NCBI RefSeq assembly: GCF_006345805.1
Contig: NC_043011.1
Span: forward strand, 36,344,464 to 36,408,463
Direction of reading: 5' to 3'
Origin: Octopus sinensis
Taxonomy: Eukaryota
Length of the DNA stretch: 64,000 nucleotides
Shown: positions 25,467 through 39,057 of the stretch, piece by piece
Numbering within the stretch: position 1 is the first letter of the stretch
Layout of the letters: every line of letters begins with the position of its first letter
Notes under the pieces: generated by a model
Databases searched by the model: none
Told to the model about the DNA's origin: nothing
Seen by the model: only the letters and a program-made list of their open reading frames with translations
Made by a program: the position numbers and the translations under genes

Positions 25467-25901
25467 GTCCTAAAGCGGCGAGCTGGCAGAAACGTTAGCA
25501 CGCCGGGCGAAATGCTTAGCGGTATTCCGTCTGCCATTATGTTCTGAGTTCAAATTCCGCCGAGGTTAACTTTGCCTTTCATCCTTTCAGGGTTGATTAA
25601 ATAAGTACCAGTTATGCACAGGGGTTGATATAATCGACTTAATCCGTTTGTCTGTCCTTGTTTGTCCTCTCTGCGTTTAACCCCTTGTGGGTAGTAAAGA
25701 AATAGGTATTTCGTCTGCTGTTACATTCTGAGTTCAAATTCTGCTGAGTTGACGTTGCCTTTCATCCTTTCGGGGTTGATTAAATAAGTACCAGTTACAC
25801 ACTGGGGTCGATGTAATCGACTTAATCCGTTTGTATGTCCTTGTTTTTCCCTTCTATGTTTAGCCCCTTGTGGGCAATAAAGAAATAAAAATAAAGAAAT
25901 G
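25467..25901 (+). mobile_element. SINE family B tandem dimer inserted in the head of a SINE A copy
   Basis: A full unit plus a 5'-truncated second unit, flanked by the 11-bp TSD AGAAGTATGCT (25456-66, 25902-12). Confidence 0.85.
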
Positions 25902-26225
25902 AGAAGTATGCTTCCCAAATGCATGTTTCTGGATTCAGTTCTACAGCACTGTGCTTTGAGCAAGTGTTTTCTGCTATAGATCCAGGTTGACCAAAACCTT
26001 TTGAGTGGATTTGGTGGGCATAAACTGAAAGAAGCCCAGTGTATTGGACTTTGATACTGAAAATGCCTACAACCTTCTATGTCAGATAAAACTGTTATTT
26101 CTCCTGAAAGTTATCTTTTTATACCAACCATGGATTGTTCAAAGCATGCTAACTTCCTGCACCTAGATCCTTGGATCTTACAATTACATATCATCATCAT
26201 CATCATCACAACCACCATCACAACC

Positions 26226-26257
<32 letters not shown>

Positions 26258-26559
26258 TTTAACATCTGTTGCACTTGCTGGTATAGGTTGGACGGTTTGA
26301 CCAGAGCTGGTAAGCTGGGGAGCTGTACCAGACTCCAGTCTCATCTATTGGGTTTCTATGGGTGGATGCCCTTCCTATCACCAACCACTTTACAGAGTGT
26401 GCTGGGTACTTTTTGTGGTACCACATGAGCAATTTTACATCGCACCACATCCCACTTCATGGGCGTGTGTGTATTTGTGTGTCTGTGTCTGTGCATGTAC
26501 ATGTGTGTTATTGTCTCTTGGCCTTGACATCACTTGATAGTTGGAATCAAATGTCTTCA

Positions 26560-26712
26560 TACATTATTTACATTATTTACATTTGACGGATATTTGTCCT
26601 CATCTTGTTTGTTGTTAACGCAACATTTTGGCTGATATACCCTCCAGCCTTCATCAGGTGTCTTGGGGAAATTTCAAACCTGGGTTCTCATTCCTAAGGT
26701 ATTTTTCAATGC

Positions 26713-26757
<45 letters not shown>

Positions 26758-26841
26758 CATTATTATTTTTAATATTATTATTCAGGTCACTGTCTGGAAT
26801 CAAACTGGGAATCTTGGGGTTAGTAGCCCATGCTCTTAACC
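26560..26841 (-). mobile_element. Family E copy with hammerhead region (26617-26662)
   Basis: Reverse strand reads GACAC-CTGATGA-A-GGCTG..CAGCC-AAAA-T-GTT|GCGTT (GAAA lost by a CpG-type change), with a tRNA-like head near 26841. Confidence 0.82.
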
Positions 26842-26849
26842 TGGTACCA

Positions 26850-27150
26850 TGCTGGTGCTATGTAAAGGCACCTTTACCAGATCCACATAAAAAGCACCTG
26901 TGCTGGAGCATCGTAAAGAAAGCACTCCTCTTTGTGCCACATAAAAGGCACCCATGACAGTGCCATGTAAAAGCACCCAGTACACTCTGTAATGTTGTTG
27001 GTGTTAGGAAGGGCATCTAACCATTGAAATCATATCGAAACAGACAACTGGAGACTGGTGTGGTTCCCCTCCATCTTGCTAGCTCCCACCAAACCATCAA
27101 ACCCATGCCAGCATGGAAAACCGATGTTAAGTAATGATGATGATGATGAT
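26850..27150 (+). mobile_element. Family D element, 3' part
   Basis: AAAAGCACC subrepeats, conserved 3' block and a (GAT)n tail that runs into the next repeat. Confidence 0.75.
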
Positions 27151-27225
27151 GATGGGAGAAGAAGAAAGAGAAAGATGTGGCAAGGAAGAGGGGGACGGGA
27201 AAGGGAGGAAGAAGAAGGAGAAGAA

Positions 27226-27270
<45 letters not shown>

Positions 27271-27435
27271 GAAGAAGAAGAAGAAGAAGGAGATGATGAT
27301 GATGAAGAAGAAGAAGAAGATGATGATGATGAAAAAGAAGAAGATGATGATGATGATGATGAAGAAGAAGGAGATGAAGAAGAAGAAGAAGAAGAAGAAG
27401 AAGAAGAAGAAGAAGAAGAAGAAGAAGAAGAAGAA
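27135..27435. repeat. (GAT)n/(GAA)n trinucleotide expansion
   Basis: Direct reading; grown from the family D tail; explains the poly-D/E, poly-K/M and poly-H/L ORFs. Confidence 0.95.
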
Positions 27436-27454
27436 CCATTGTTACATTCTAATT

Positions 27455-27870
27455 CTTTTTTTTTCTTTTGCTTGTTTCAGTCATTTGACTGCGGACATGC
27501 TGGAGCACCACATTTAGTCGAGCAAATCGACCCCGGGATTTATTCTTTGTAAGCCCAGTACTTATTCTATCAGTCTCGTTTTGCCGAACCGCTAAGTGAC
27601 GGGGACGTAAACACACCAGCATCGGTTGTCAAGCGATGGTGGGGGGGGGAGCAACAAACACAGATACACAAACACACACATACATACAAATACATATATA
27701 TATACATATATATGACAGGCTTCTTTCAGTTTCAGTCTACCAAATCCACTCACAAGGTATTGGTCAGCCCAAGGCTATAGCAGAAGACACTTGCCCAAGA
27801 TGCCATGCAGTGGGACTGAACCCAGAACCATGTGGTTGGTAAGCAAGCTACTTACCACACAGCCACTCAA
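27455..27870 (-). mobile_element. SINE family A, full length
   Basis: Both the head (~27870) and the tail (~27455) are recognisable. Confidence 0.88.
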
Positions 27871-28441
27871 TCATGTTTTTGCAATCCAAGAACAAGGTTT
27901 AAGTCTAAATTGATCCTGATAGGATTTGAACTCAAAACGTTTTGAATTGAATAAATACTGCAAGACATTCTGTCCAACACACTAACAATTGCCAAGTCAC
28001 AACCTTAAATCACTCGTGACGAATACAATAAAATGTTAGGCTAATTTTTTTGCTTTAAGTAACCAATAAGTTCCCACCCAAATTTTTTTTTTAAATGAGC
28101 TCCTTTGGCGTCAGTCATTCTGGCAGTTTTATAAGGAGAATGCAGCGAATGTAATTTCATTGGAAACACTAAAATCAAAATAGATACCATGAATAAATCT
28201 AGTTCAGTTGTGTGTGTGGTGTGTGTGTGTATGCGCATGCATGTGTATATGTATAGATATAAATATAGATGTGTACATACATACATGCATATATACATAT
28301 AAGAATACACATATGCATATACATACATGCATACATATATATACATATATGTATGTATATACGTGTGTGTATATATTTATGTATATATGTATATATATAT
28401 ATAATAATATGAGGGAATATTATTCCAAACTTATATTTACA

Positions 28442-28484
<43 letters not shown>

Positions 28485-28649
28485 ATATATATATACATGT
28501 ATATATATATACATGTATATATATATATATATATACATACATGTATATATACATATTTATATATGTGTGTGGTGTGTGTGTGTATATTTATTTATTTGCA
28601 TATATGTGTATATGCATACACAAACATACACACACACACACACACACAC

Positions 28650-28693
<44 letters not shown>

Positions 28694-29279
28694 ATCTTAG
28701 TCACTGTTTAAGCTTGATTATAAAGGGAAACTGTACTTCTGAATAGTTCTAACATTCGCTGCTATGCTTCTTTTTAATCTTTTTTTTGTTAATTCATTCT
28801 CTTAATGTCTGATTGCTAGTGATTTAAACTTATTCATAGCTCTCATGTGACCAGTTATTTAGCATAAAGTCAGGTAATATAGTTAATTAAACTAGCTGAA
28901 CTATATTAGATTTTGTTGATTCAGTTTTGGGCATCCTGTCTTATTGGTTTGTCAAAGAATACCACAAGGTTTGGGCAGTCGTTTTGGTGAATAAAAACCT
29001 AAAAAAAAGTCACAATAAAAGTCAAATTTTCATTAAAGTACAATAAAGATTTATAATATAGGCACAGAGCCAGTTTTTTTCTTTTGATGCTGTGGAAAGT
29101 GAGAGTATTTGGATAAATTTGTGCCAGGACATGTTTGGTAATTTATCGTATTAACCCTAGAAAAAACAAAAGTACTATAAATTTCAGTAGGATTTGAACC
29201 CAGAACATAAAGATCTATAACTAAATAAAATATGGCATTTTGTGAGATGTGTTTGGCTTCATAAATTGTTTGATATAGG

Positions 29280-29680
29280 TGTAGGCATGGCTGGTGTGGT
29301 AAGAAATTTGTTTCTCAACCACACGTTTCCAGATTCTCTCCCAATATGTGATGCTTTGGGTGTCTTTTACTGTAGCCTCAGGCCAACCAAAACTTTGTGA
29401 GTGGATTTTGTTGATAGAAACTGAAAGAAACCTGTTGTATATATGTATGTGTGTGTGAGTGTCTTTGTGTTTGTGATTGTCTGTCACTACTGCTTGACAT
29501 CCGTTGCTAGTGTGTTTACGTCTGCGTAACTTGGCAGTTTGGCAAAAGTGATCAACAGAGTAAGTCCCAGGCTTAAAATAGTAAGTATTAAAGTTGATTT
29601 GTTCAGCTAGAATTCCTCAAGGCGGTGCCGTACCATGGCTGCAGACAGATGACTGAATAAAATAAAAGATAAAAGATATC
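29280..29680 (+). mobile_element. SINE family A, full length, diverged
   Basis: GTAGGCATGGCTGGTGTGGTAAG head through the GTACCATGGCTGCAG..GACTGAATAAAATAAAAG tail. Confidence 0.8.
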
Positions 29681-30219
29681 TCAGGTTGTGTCATGCTGAT
29701 GATTTCTAAAAAAGAATGAAATAGTGCTAAATGAGACTACCATTGATTTTAAATTTTTGGAAATTTGTAATAAGTAAGCAACAACAGCAACAAAAATAAA
29801 AAAAAATAAATTTATTGCTTATATTGTCTGAATCTGTTTCTTTATTCCTTAATTTTAAATTCAAACTTCTTATCCACCAAATATTATGAAGGAATGATTA
29901 TCTTCCTTAGATTAACTGTCCACTAAGGGATACCATATAATTAAGTGGTATGGTCAATTTATTATGGAGAATACATGACTTTCACATAATGACCATGTCA
30001 ACACAATTTTATTTTATGACACTATATGTCAAAAAAAAAATTAAGATGCTTTATTCAATATCTTGATTAATAGAATTAAATCTGCAAATTATTAAAGGTT
30101 TTCCGAAACTGTTGCAGTAACTTTTTCCGACCATTATTTTCCTTGAATTTATATTCTAAATAAAAGAAATGAGAACAACAAGCAAATCGCAAAAGTAAAC
30201 TGGACAATTATAATAAATT

Positions 30220-30590
30220 ACATCAATCTCAGTTGACCGTGAAAGGATGAAATGTAATATTGATCTTGGATACCCATGCTGGTGGAACGTAAAAAGCACC
30301 GTCCGAACATAGCAGATGCCAGCGCTGCCTGACTGGTGTCCGTGTTGGTGACACATAAAAGCACCAACTGATCGTGGCCGTTTGCCAGCCTACTCTGGCC
30401 CTTGTGCTGGTGACACATAAAAAACACCCACTACACTCACAGAGTGGTTGGCATTAGGAAGAACATCCAGCTGTAGAAACACTGCCAGATCAGACTGGAG
30501 CCTGGTGCAGCCTCCTGGCTTCCCAGACCCCGGTCGAACCGTCCAACCCATGCTAGCATGGAAAACGGACGTTAAATGATGATGATGATG
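30220..30590 (+). mobile_element. Family D element
   Basis: Three AAAA(G)CACC subrepeats and a (GAT)n tail. Confidence 0.8.
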
Positions 30591-31170
30591 GAATTTGAAC
30601 TGATATTGTGAAAACTTAACAGAAATATGAAGCATTTTTCCAATGGCACCTTTAAATATTATGATCAAATATGAAGAAACTCAAAATATCAGAACTAGAA
30701 AATAATGTTTATTTTGGTATACCTCTACTTTATTTAAATTTGGAAAGCTTTCTCCTATTTTATACTAATTGCAAAGCCTTTCATCAGATCCTCACCATGA
30801 CACCACTAACACTTTGAAATTAGATTCCCTATTATATAAACCATTTCCGATATTATTTGAGCAAGTTTAAGGTGATTTCTTTTGTGCCATAAACCTTTTA
30901 CTGTTTCTGTGATTCTCCTCTTCCCTTGATGTCCTAAGCACATGCTTATTGTGCTCAATGGTTAATCCATCATTGAGCTTATATACTACAAAACAACAGG
31001 CATATGTCCACAAATTTGAGTGGAGCTGAAACTATCAATCTCAGTAACTGACTGGTAGACAACATTGGAAGGATGAAAGGTAAATATTTTCTAAAGAACC
31101 ATCACAGAGACAATATAAATCTGTAGATTAAGACAGCAAGCTGGCAGAAATGTTAGCATGCTGGGTGAAA

Positions 31171-31830
31171 TGCTTAGCGGTATTTCGACTGTCTTTACAT
31201 CTGCTGAGGTCAACTTTGCCTTTCAACCTTTTGGGGTCAATAAATTAAGTACCAGTTGCATACAGGGGCCATCGCCTGGCCCTGCTCTCCAAAAATTACA
31301 GGCATTGTGCCTAAAGTAGAAAAGAATATAAATTTTTAGATTGATATGAAACATGAAAATAATGGAAGGAAACATTTAGGTGTGATGGCCATGTTCTTTC
31401 CAAGGACATTAGCAATGTAGATGTCATTCCAACCCAGTATCAGAATCTTAGCTTCTGTTTTCAAAGATTAATATATTGAGCGGAATTCTTAGCGGTATTT
31501 CATCTGTCTTTACATTTTGAGTTCAAATTCTGCTGTGGTCAACTTTGCCTTTCATCCTTTCAGGGTTGATAAATTAAGTACCAGTTGCATACTGGGGCCG
31601 ATCTAATCGCCTAGCCCTGCTCTCTAAAAATTTTTCTAAAAATTGCTCTCTAAAAATTTAGGCCTTGTGCCTAAAGTAGAAAAGAATATAAATCTTTAGA
31701 TTGATATGAAATAGGAAAATAATCGAAGGAAACATTCAGGTGTGGTGGCCATGTTATTTCCAAGGACATTAGCAATGTAGATGTTATTCTAAACCAGAAT
31801 CAGAATCTTGGCTTCTGTTTTCAAACATTA
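31171..31830 (+). repeat. Local tandem duplication (~300-340-bp units: SINE B part + ~140 bp unique flank)
   Basis: 31330-31470 and 31690-31830 align closely (e.g. GGCCATGTT.TTTCCAAGGACATTAGCAATGTAGATG in both). Confidence 0.85.
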
Positions 31831-32556
31831 TTCTACAGCAGGAAAGGAATCCTAGCAATCTACACTGTTCCTTCATCCTTCTCAACAATGATAATATATT
31901 GAAATTACTATCATCTTTAATTGGAAAATATCAAAGTTTTATAGTGTTGCTATTTCAGTTTGTTCTTTTCATAGAAAATTATATTAAGTTAAAGTATTGT
32001 AATTATATTTAGGTAAGTTTGTACGAAAGAGTGTAGTTGTGTGCGTTTGATCATGTATATTCTGATTGTATGTGCGAGTGTGTATGCGTGTAAGTATGTG
32101 CATGCGCGTATGTGCACACCTGTCTGTCTTGTATATGTATAAAAGCAAATAAATTTGTGGGTAATTTTGCTGTCAAAATTTAGATTTAATTTGTCTTTCC
32201 TGTAACATCTAAATGGTGTACAACCAACAAACAAACACAAAATGATTATATATATTTTTGGAGCCTGCGTGTAAGCACGTGTGTGTGTGTGTGTGCATGT
32301 GTGGGGTACAGGGTAGGGAGAGAACTTATTATCTGACAGAGAAAAATAGCTGGAGGTAGGGTGTAATAAGCATAAAATTATGCTAAACAGTGCTAAAGAA
32401 ATTATAGGTAAACATATAAACATTGGTGTAAGGTTTTTATCTTTCTTTTTTTTTTTTTTATTATTTTATTTTGCCCAGAGGTGTGCAGAAGCAAGGAAAT
32501 GGTGGATTGTGAAAATAAGTAAATAAATAAAATAGATAAATACATCATCACTGTCG

Positions 32557-32588
<32 letters not shown>

Positions 32589-33164
32589 GTAGTCATTGTC
32601 ATCACCATCATCATCTTCACCACTACCACCATCACATCACCAATGCCACCATAAAACATAAAAGAAATAAAAACAGAAATTTAAAATCTTTGAAAAAAAA
32701 TCAAATGGTTTCACAATAATTGTGAAAGGATGAAGATTTTCTTTCATTTCTTCATCATTTTTTTTTTCTCCACCTTTATTTTCAGTGTTTTTCTTATATT
32801 TAAATATTTCTCAAAAGGAAGAACAAATTAGAGATAGAGTAATTTTATTTCAAATCTTAAGTCTAGAAAATAAAATAGCTTCAAATGATGTTTATTTGTT
32901 TAATTTTGATAATTACTTTTCTTTCCTGTAAAATAACATAAAATGAAAGACCTAGTTCTTAATTAGTCATGGGACTAAAAGCTGGTTGGGATGAATGGTT
33001 TGTTAGACAAGTACAACAACCAGACGAGGTTATTAAAATCATTTGTGTGTTACACTAAATGCCTTGTGGACGTATGTTCCAGATCTTTACATTCTGATTT
33101 CAAGTCCTGTTGAGGTCAACTTTGCTTTTATTCCTGCCGAGGACGATAAAATAAAGCACCAGGC

Positions 33165-33410
33165 GAGCTGGCAGAATGGTTAGCATGCCGGGCAAAATGC
33201 TTTGTGGTATTTCATCTGTCTTTGTGTTCTGAGTTCAAATTCTGCTGAGGTTGACTATGTGTTTCATCCTTTCAGGGTCCATTAAATAAGTACCAGTTAT
33301 GCACTGGGGTCGATGTAATCAACTTAACGACTTAATCCCTTTGTCGGTCCTTGTTTGTCCCCTCTAGGTTTTGCCCCTTGTGGGCAATAAAGAAATAAAT
33401 AAAGCACCAG
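33165..33410 (+). mobile_element. SINE family B
   Basis: GGCGAGCTGGCAGAA head to CCCCTTGTGGGCAATAAAGAAAT tail. Confidence 0.85.
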
Positions 33411-33699
33411 CTGAATACAGGAGTTAATGGGGTCCAATGAGCCCCCTCCCCTCAAAATCAATGGCCTTGTACCTAAATCAAGAATTATCATTTAAAGTGC
33501 TTTACTGAGAGAATCATAAGGGAAGAAAATTACTCATGATATTTGTTCCAGCTAAGTTCAAATCCTACTAGGATCAATTTTGCTTTTCATTCAATCTTCT
33601 GAAGTTCTATAAAATTATGGCCAATCACTGGAATTGATGGAATTGACTGACCCCTCCCCTCAAAATCACTGGCTTGTGCTTAAATCAGAAATTCATCAT

Positions 33700-33960
33700 C
33701 GTCATCATTATCATCATTATCATTTTTTAACATCCATTGTCCAAGCTGGCATGGGTTGGATGGTTTCACCAGGGTTGGCAAGCTGGGGAACTGCACCAAA
33801 CTCCAATCTGATTTATCATGGTTTGTACAGCTGGATGCCCTTTTCAGTATGTGCTGGGTGCTTTTACATAGCACTGCAAGAGTGCTTTTACCAGGTGTCG
33901 CATGGGCCCTTCTACGTGGCATCACACAACTGCTTTTATGTGGCACTGCCACAAATGCTT
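33700..33960 (-). mobile_element. Family D element, diverged
   Basis: (CAT)n tail at 33700 followed by the reverse of the conserved 3' block. Confidence 0.65.
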
Positions 33961-34419
33961 TGCACCCCCAGAAAGAACACTTCTGCTGTGGAGTACGGTC
34001 TTCGTGGGTACTGCAAGGCACCAGACATCTCATTCCTTTTTTCATATTGCCTGAAAGGTTCAGTGTCCTGAGGTCGTTCTTCAGTACTTCATCCCATGTC
34101 TCCCACTTCTACACATCCCATCTTTGATTATTAAATTATTAAGGACATTCGAGCATCAGCAAAAAATTTCTGATCAGTTTTTATAAATTCTGAGTTCAGA
34201 TTCTACTGAGGTTACCTTTACCTTTCATCTCTACAAAGCTCAACAAACTAAAGAACCAGTCAAGTACTGGGGTCGATGGAAATTACCTGAGCCCTTCCTG
34301 CTAAAATGACTCACCTTGTGCCTTAATTGGAAACAATTATTATTTAAGGGCAGTGTGCTGGCAGAATCTTTAGAATGTTGAAAAAAATTCTTTACCTATT
34401 TAATAAAAACTGGATAAGG

Positions 34420-34680
34420 CATAGGAGTGGCTGTGTGGTAAGTAGCTTGTTTACCAACCACATGGTTCCGGGTTGAATCCCACTGCGTGGCACCTTGGGC
34501 AAGTGTCTTCTACTATAGCCTCGGGTCGACCAAAGGCTTGTGAGTGGATTTGGTAGATGGAAACTGAAAGAAGCCTGTTGTATATATGTATATATATATA
34601 GGTGTGTGTGTGTGTATGTGTGTATATGTTTGTGTGTCTGTATTTGTCGCCCCAACATCGCTTGACAATGTATATGTATA
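34420..34680 (+). mobile_element. SINE family A, 5' two-thirds
   Basis: Well-conserved head GGAGTGGCTGTGTGGTAAGTAGCTTG. Confidence 0.85.
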
Positions 34681-34734
34681 TGTGTGCGTGTGTGTATACA
34701 CACACAACATATTTATATATATATATATACTCAT

Positions 34735-34973
34735 TACTCTTTTACCCGTTTACTTGTTTCACCATTTAACTGTGGCCATACTGGAGCACCACCTCTAGTC
34801 GAGCAAATCGACTCCAGGACATATTCTTTGTAAGCCTAGTACTTATTCTATCAGTCTTTTTTGCCGAACTGCTAAGTTACGGTGACGTAAACACACCAGC
34901 ATTGGTTGTCAAGTGATGTTGGCGGGACAAACACAGACACAAATATATACACACATACATACATACAAACATA

Positions 34974-35005
<32 letters not shown>

Positions 35006-35182
35006 AATATATATACATATATACGTCAGGCTTCTTTTAGTTTCCATCTACCAAATCCACTCATAAATCTTTGGTCAGCCCGAGGCTATAGTAGAAGACA
35101 CTTGCCCAAGGTGCGACGCAGTGGGACTGAACCTGGAACCATGTGGTTCGTAAGCAAGCTACTTACCACACAGCCACTCCTG

Positions 35183-35185
<3 letters not shown>
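34735..35185 (-). mobile_element. SINE family A, full length (tail-to-tail with the previous copy)
   Basis: Head and tail are both recognisable in reverse. Confidence 0.88.
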
Positions 35186-35264
<79 letters not shown>

Positions 35265-35590
35265 GGTGTGTGTGTGTGTATATATATATGCATAGAAAAA
35301 TTACTTACTAAATGCATTATTTCAAGCTTCTCAAGATAATAAATTCCATTTTACATTCAACAAAGAGAGAGTTGACATCTATATCAACATCATATAGTGA
35401 AGTTTATTTCTTGTCCTTCTGCAATCCCATAAAGAATGTGTGTGTGTTGGGGGGGGGAAGAGGGGCGTGGGACGGACGGGTTCAGCTCCTAAATCTGATT
35501 CTTGTAGCATTAAATGATTGAAAAATAAATGTTCCTTTTGTATAACATTGTGCTCTATCATAGTTAACTGTCCGTGTATATCTATTACCT

Positions 35591-35603
35591 GTTACCTAGC
35601 AAC
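35591..35603. promoter_or_regulatory. RFX X-box motif in a CpG-retaining patch, with a GC-box at 35462-70
   Basis: GTTACCTAGCAAC fits GTNRCC(N0-3)RGYAAC exactly; GGGGCGTGG lies ~125 bp away; the X-box is in non-repeat sequence. Confidence 0.45.
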
Positions 35604-36109
35604 GGGTTTTACCGCAAGATAAGACTGAAGCAAGCCAGATTAAATTTATTGTATGGAGAAACACTGAAACATCTGCAGCTGCACCACCACCAGCAGCAGC
35701 AGAAGCAGAAGCACCAGTAGTAGTAGTAGTAGCAGCAGCAGCAGTATCTTAAGACTGCAAGAATGACTGGGCTTTAAAGGTGCCAGACTATGCTGTGATT
35801 GTTAATTAGTCTCCGGGTTATTCCTGAATGAGTAAATTTATGATCAAAGGTTCTTGGACCTTGACTGTCCTGCTTTTCTTTCCAGGAATATCTAGGACTA
35901 TGTCCTTTCCTTTATGACAACAGGGAGTGTGATTTGGAGAAATCTAACTGCATAAAAACGCAGGAGAGGTGACTGTGCTGGCTTGAACATGTGATGTGAG
36001 AATGAGTTCTGGGTGGAAAATGTGCAATGCACAGGAGTGTTGTCCTAGTTAAAAGATATTAGTCTGAAACTAAATTGATTAATTTCTTTTTCTTTTCTTT
36101 TCCTGCCTT

Positions 36110-36750
36110 TAACCCTCCAACGCAGAGTATAGGCCACTTATAGTTGAATTCCATGTCGCATAATTTTTTGCTTCTGTACTTATACTCTGCCATGAATGTC
36201 CCCCTTTCTCTAGTTCCTTTTGTGTTGATCTATGCTACGAGTTCTTAGTCCTACCTCTCTTTCTATATCCATCCAGATTCCACCGTAAAGCACTTTTTGC
36301 TACATTTGGTGTGTCTTTTCTAATTGTGCTACCAATCCACTTCCACTTTTTCATAAATATTTGCTCCCTAATCGAAACTTGATTTATTCTTTGCCATAGC
36401 TCCATATTGCTTGTGTGTTCTGGCCATCTAATTTTAAGTATACTACGCAAGCATCTGTTGATGAATATTTGCTAATTTGACTTAACTGTTGTTCACCATG
36501 TCTCATCCCCATACAATAACACCGCTTTTACGTTAGTGTTAAAAATTCTTATTTTGTTCTTTATTGAAATTACACTTGCGCTCCACAGGTGAAAAGTGGT
36601 CCTTGCCTTACTTATTCTCATCTTAATATCTTCGTTGGTGCCATCTGAAAACTTTATCTTACTACCTAAATACGTAAACTCGGCTACATCCTCTGGTTCA
36701 TCAGTTTCTAGTTTAATATGTTCACTGTTTTCTTCATTAACACGCATTAA
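36110..36750 (-). mobile_element. RTE-clade LINE, 5'-truncated 3' fragment
   Basis: EDVAEFTYLGS..DGTNEDIKMRISKAR..ISIKNKIRIFNTNVKAVLLYGDETW and LRSILKIRWPEH.SN.ELWQR..KWKWIGST.RK..ALRWN.DG.RKRGR: the canonical RTE post-RT region. Confidence 0.92.
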
Positions 36751-37154
36751 AAAAAATTTTTGTTAATTAATTTGGTATTTGTTAATTAGAAGATTATTTC
36801 AAAGTCATGAGACATAAGTTTTATAAGTTGGATACACATACAATTTGCATATATTACATTAATAATTTGCATGAAAAACAAACCTAAGACAAGTGTTATA
36901 AGTTAGTTTTTGTCACAGAGTGTGTTATCCTGCTGAGCCAACTGCTCTGGTGTAAATTTGAACATAAGAAAGCTTTAGACTATTTCTGTAGATATTACAA
37001 TTTCAACCTGACATAATTTTTATTTCTGTGTGTTTATTGTTTATTCTGAAAGCACTTTATGACTTGGTTATGTCATGGAATTATAGGAACAGAATCATTA
37101 CACAGAAAATTTGTTATTTTTGGTGTGTTTGTATTGCTTTTGCAGTAAAAAAAA

Positions 37155-37300
37155 GGCTAAAGACCCCCTTTGGTCATGAATGACCATAGGATTGCACCTA
37201 GAAAGGTACTCTCAGAGGTATAAATTTGGGCAAGGTTGTTTGTGGAAGACCAGCAGTCACCCCTGCATACCAGCTTCCCTTCTCCATCCCACTGATATAA
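37155..37300 (-). mobile_element. Probable LINE/SINE 3' tail fragment
   Basis: GC-richer block with a GGTCATGAATGACC mini-hairpin next to an A run. Family and strand are inferred only. Confidence 0.4.
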
Positions 37301-38084
37301 ACGCTTGACGGACGGTGGACGATAGATGCTGAAACAGAAAAACAAATGCCTAACAAATGGAGATACCCCACTCGGTATACTGATTGGTTGTAGCTACATC
37401 GATTCCCATGATTTAAGAATAAATATTGCATGGTGGTGGTTTCTTTTCATTTCAATGTCCAAAGATAAGGCTCAGGGTTTATCTTTGTGTGCGCTCAAGT
37501 CACAAAAGTTTTCACAACCCATGCTAATGCATGACCCACGTTGGGGAAACACTGGTTTAATGAAACAGATCAATCCCAGTACTTATTTTTAAATCCTGGA
37601 AACAATGATAAGCATTTTATATGAACCAAACGTCTCTCAAATCATACACAATCATCATAAATAAAGACAGGACACACCAGTATAAAATAGTCATACTTAG
37701 CCTTAAACAAACAGGATGATCATGGTTGGAATGCTTTTGATCATATGTCTGTTTATTTAGGATTTGCTTGGGGTTATACAAAACAACGACTTTTAAAGGC
37801 GCCAACATTCAATGGTAATTATTAAAAATGTAACATTGTTATTCATTGTAAAATGGATTACTTTTGCAAATATTTAAAAGCATTCGTCAGCAGAAATATT
37901 CTTTCAGATGGCATCTCGCATATGCATTCATAAGGTTCCTGAAAAGATAGCTAATGGCTTTTTTGAGAATAGAGAAAATTATTTTTTTACAAAATTTACA
38001 CATGCATGACAGATATTAGATATGTTTAGACACCAAAAGGAAAAGCATATGTAATGAAATTCAGCAATATTACATATGAAACAT

Positions 38085-38193
38085 AGACAGACAGACAGAT
38101 ATATATATATATATATATATATGGTGGTAGATAGACAAATAAATAGACAGACAGACAGACTGACAGACGGACGGACGGACGGACGGATGGATG

Positions 38194-38271
<78 letters not shown>

Positions 38272-38386
38272 CAGACAGATAGAGAGGGAGAGAGAGACAG
38301 ACAGACAGACCAATGGACAGATGGATGGATAGATAGATGGATAGATTGATAGATAGGTAGATAGATAGATAGAAAGATAGTTGGAC

Positions 38387-38437
<51 letters not shown>

Positions 38438-38598
38438 ATGGTAGATGGACTGATAGATTGATAGACAAATAGATAGATAGTTAGACAGATAGATAGACAG
38501 ATACATATATAGTTAGACAATTAGACAGACAGACAGACAGACAGATAGACAGACAGACAGACAGACAGACAAACTGATAGATAGATAAATAGATAGAC

Positions 38599-38662
<64 letters not shown>

Positions 38663-38670
38663 CAACAGAC
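38085..38670. repeat. (GATA/GACA/GATG)n tetranucleotide tract
   Basis: Direct reading. Confidence 0.95.
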
Positions 38671-39057
38671 AGAGAAATAATTAGAAAAAATATTAGGTTT
38701 TTCACAGAAAGAGCAAAAGAAACTGATGTAGATTCCCCAAATTTAATTTCTTAGCGTTGCAGTGAAGATCTGTAAGACATTTTAAAGATTCTCCACCTGA
38801 GATCTTTTAGATGAATAGACATGCATATCCAAGTGTGTGCATCAGCAGTTCAACCAACACACCAACTCAACTACATATTTACAAACACTGAGAACTCTTT
38901 TAATTCAAAAAGTCTTGTTGCTTTGTTAGCAACCACTTTGGACACTCTGAAGAAAAACTTAGATAAACTAAAAAAAAAATCATACACACACACACACACA
39001 CCACATAATTCGTCACATGTAACATTACTGGATTCCATTATAAATCAATTAGTTTTT

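Noticed and set aside
30735-30795. Minus-strand CUGAUGA followed by a possible stem II
   Set aside because: No GAAA or NUH at the required positions, and no stem I.
36843-36872. Two ATTTGCAT octamer motifs 22 bp apart
   Set aside because: AT-rich 8-mers are common at this base composition; no other support.
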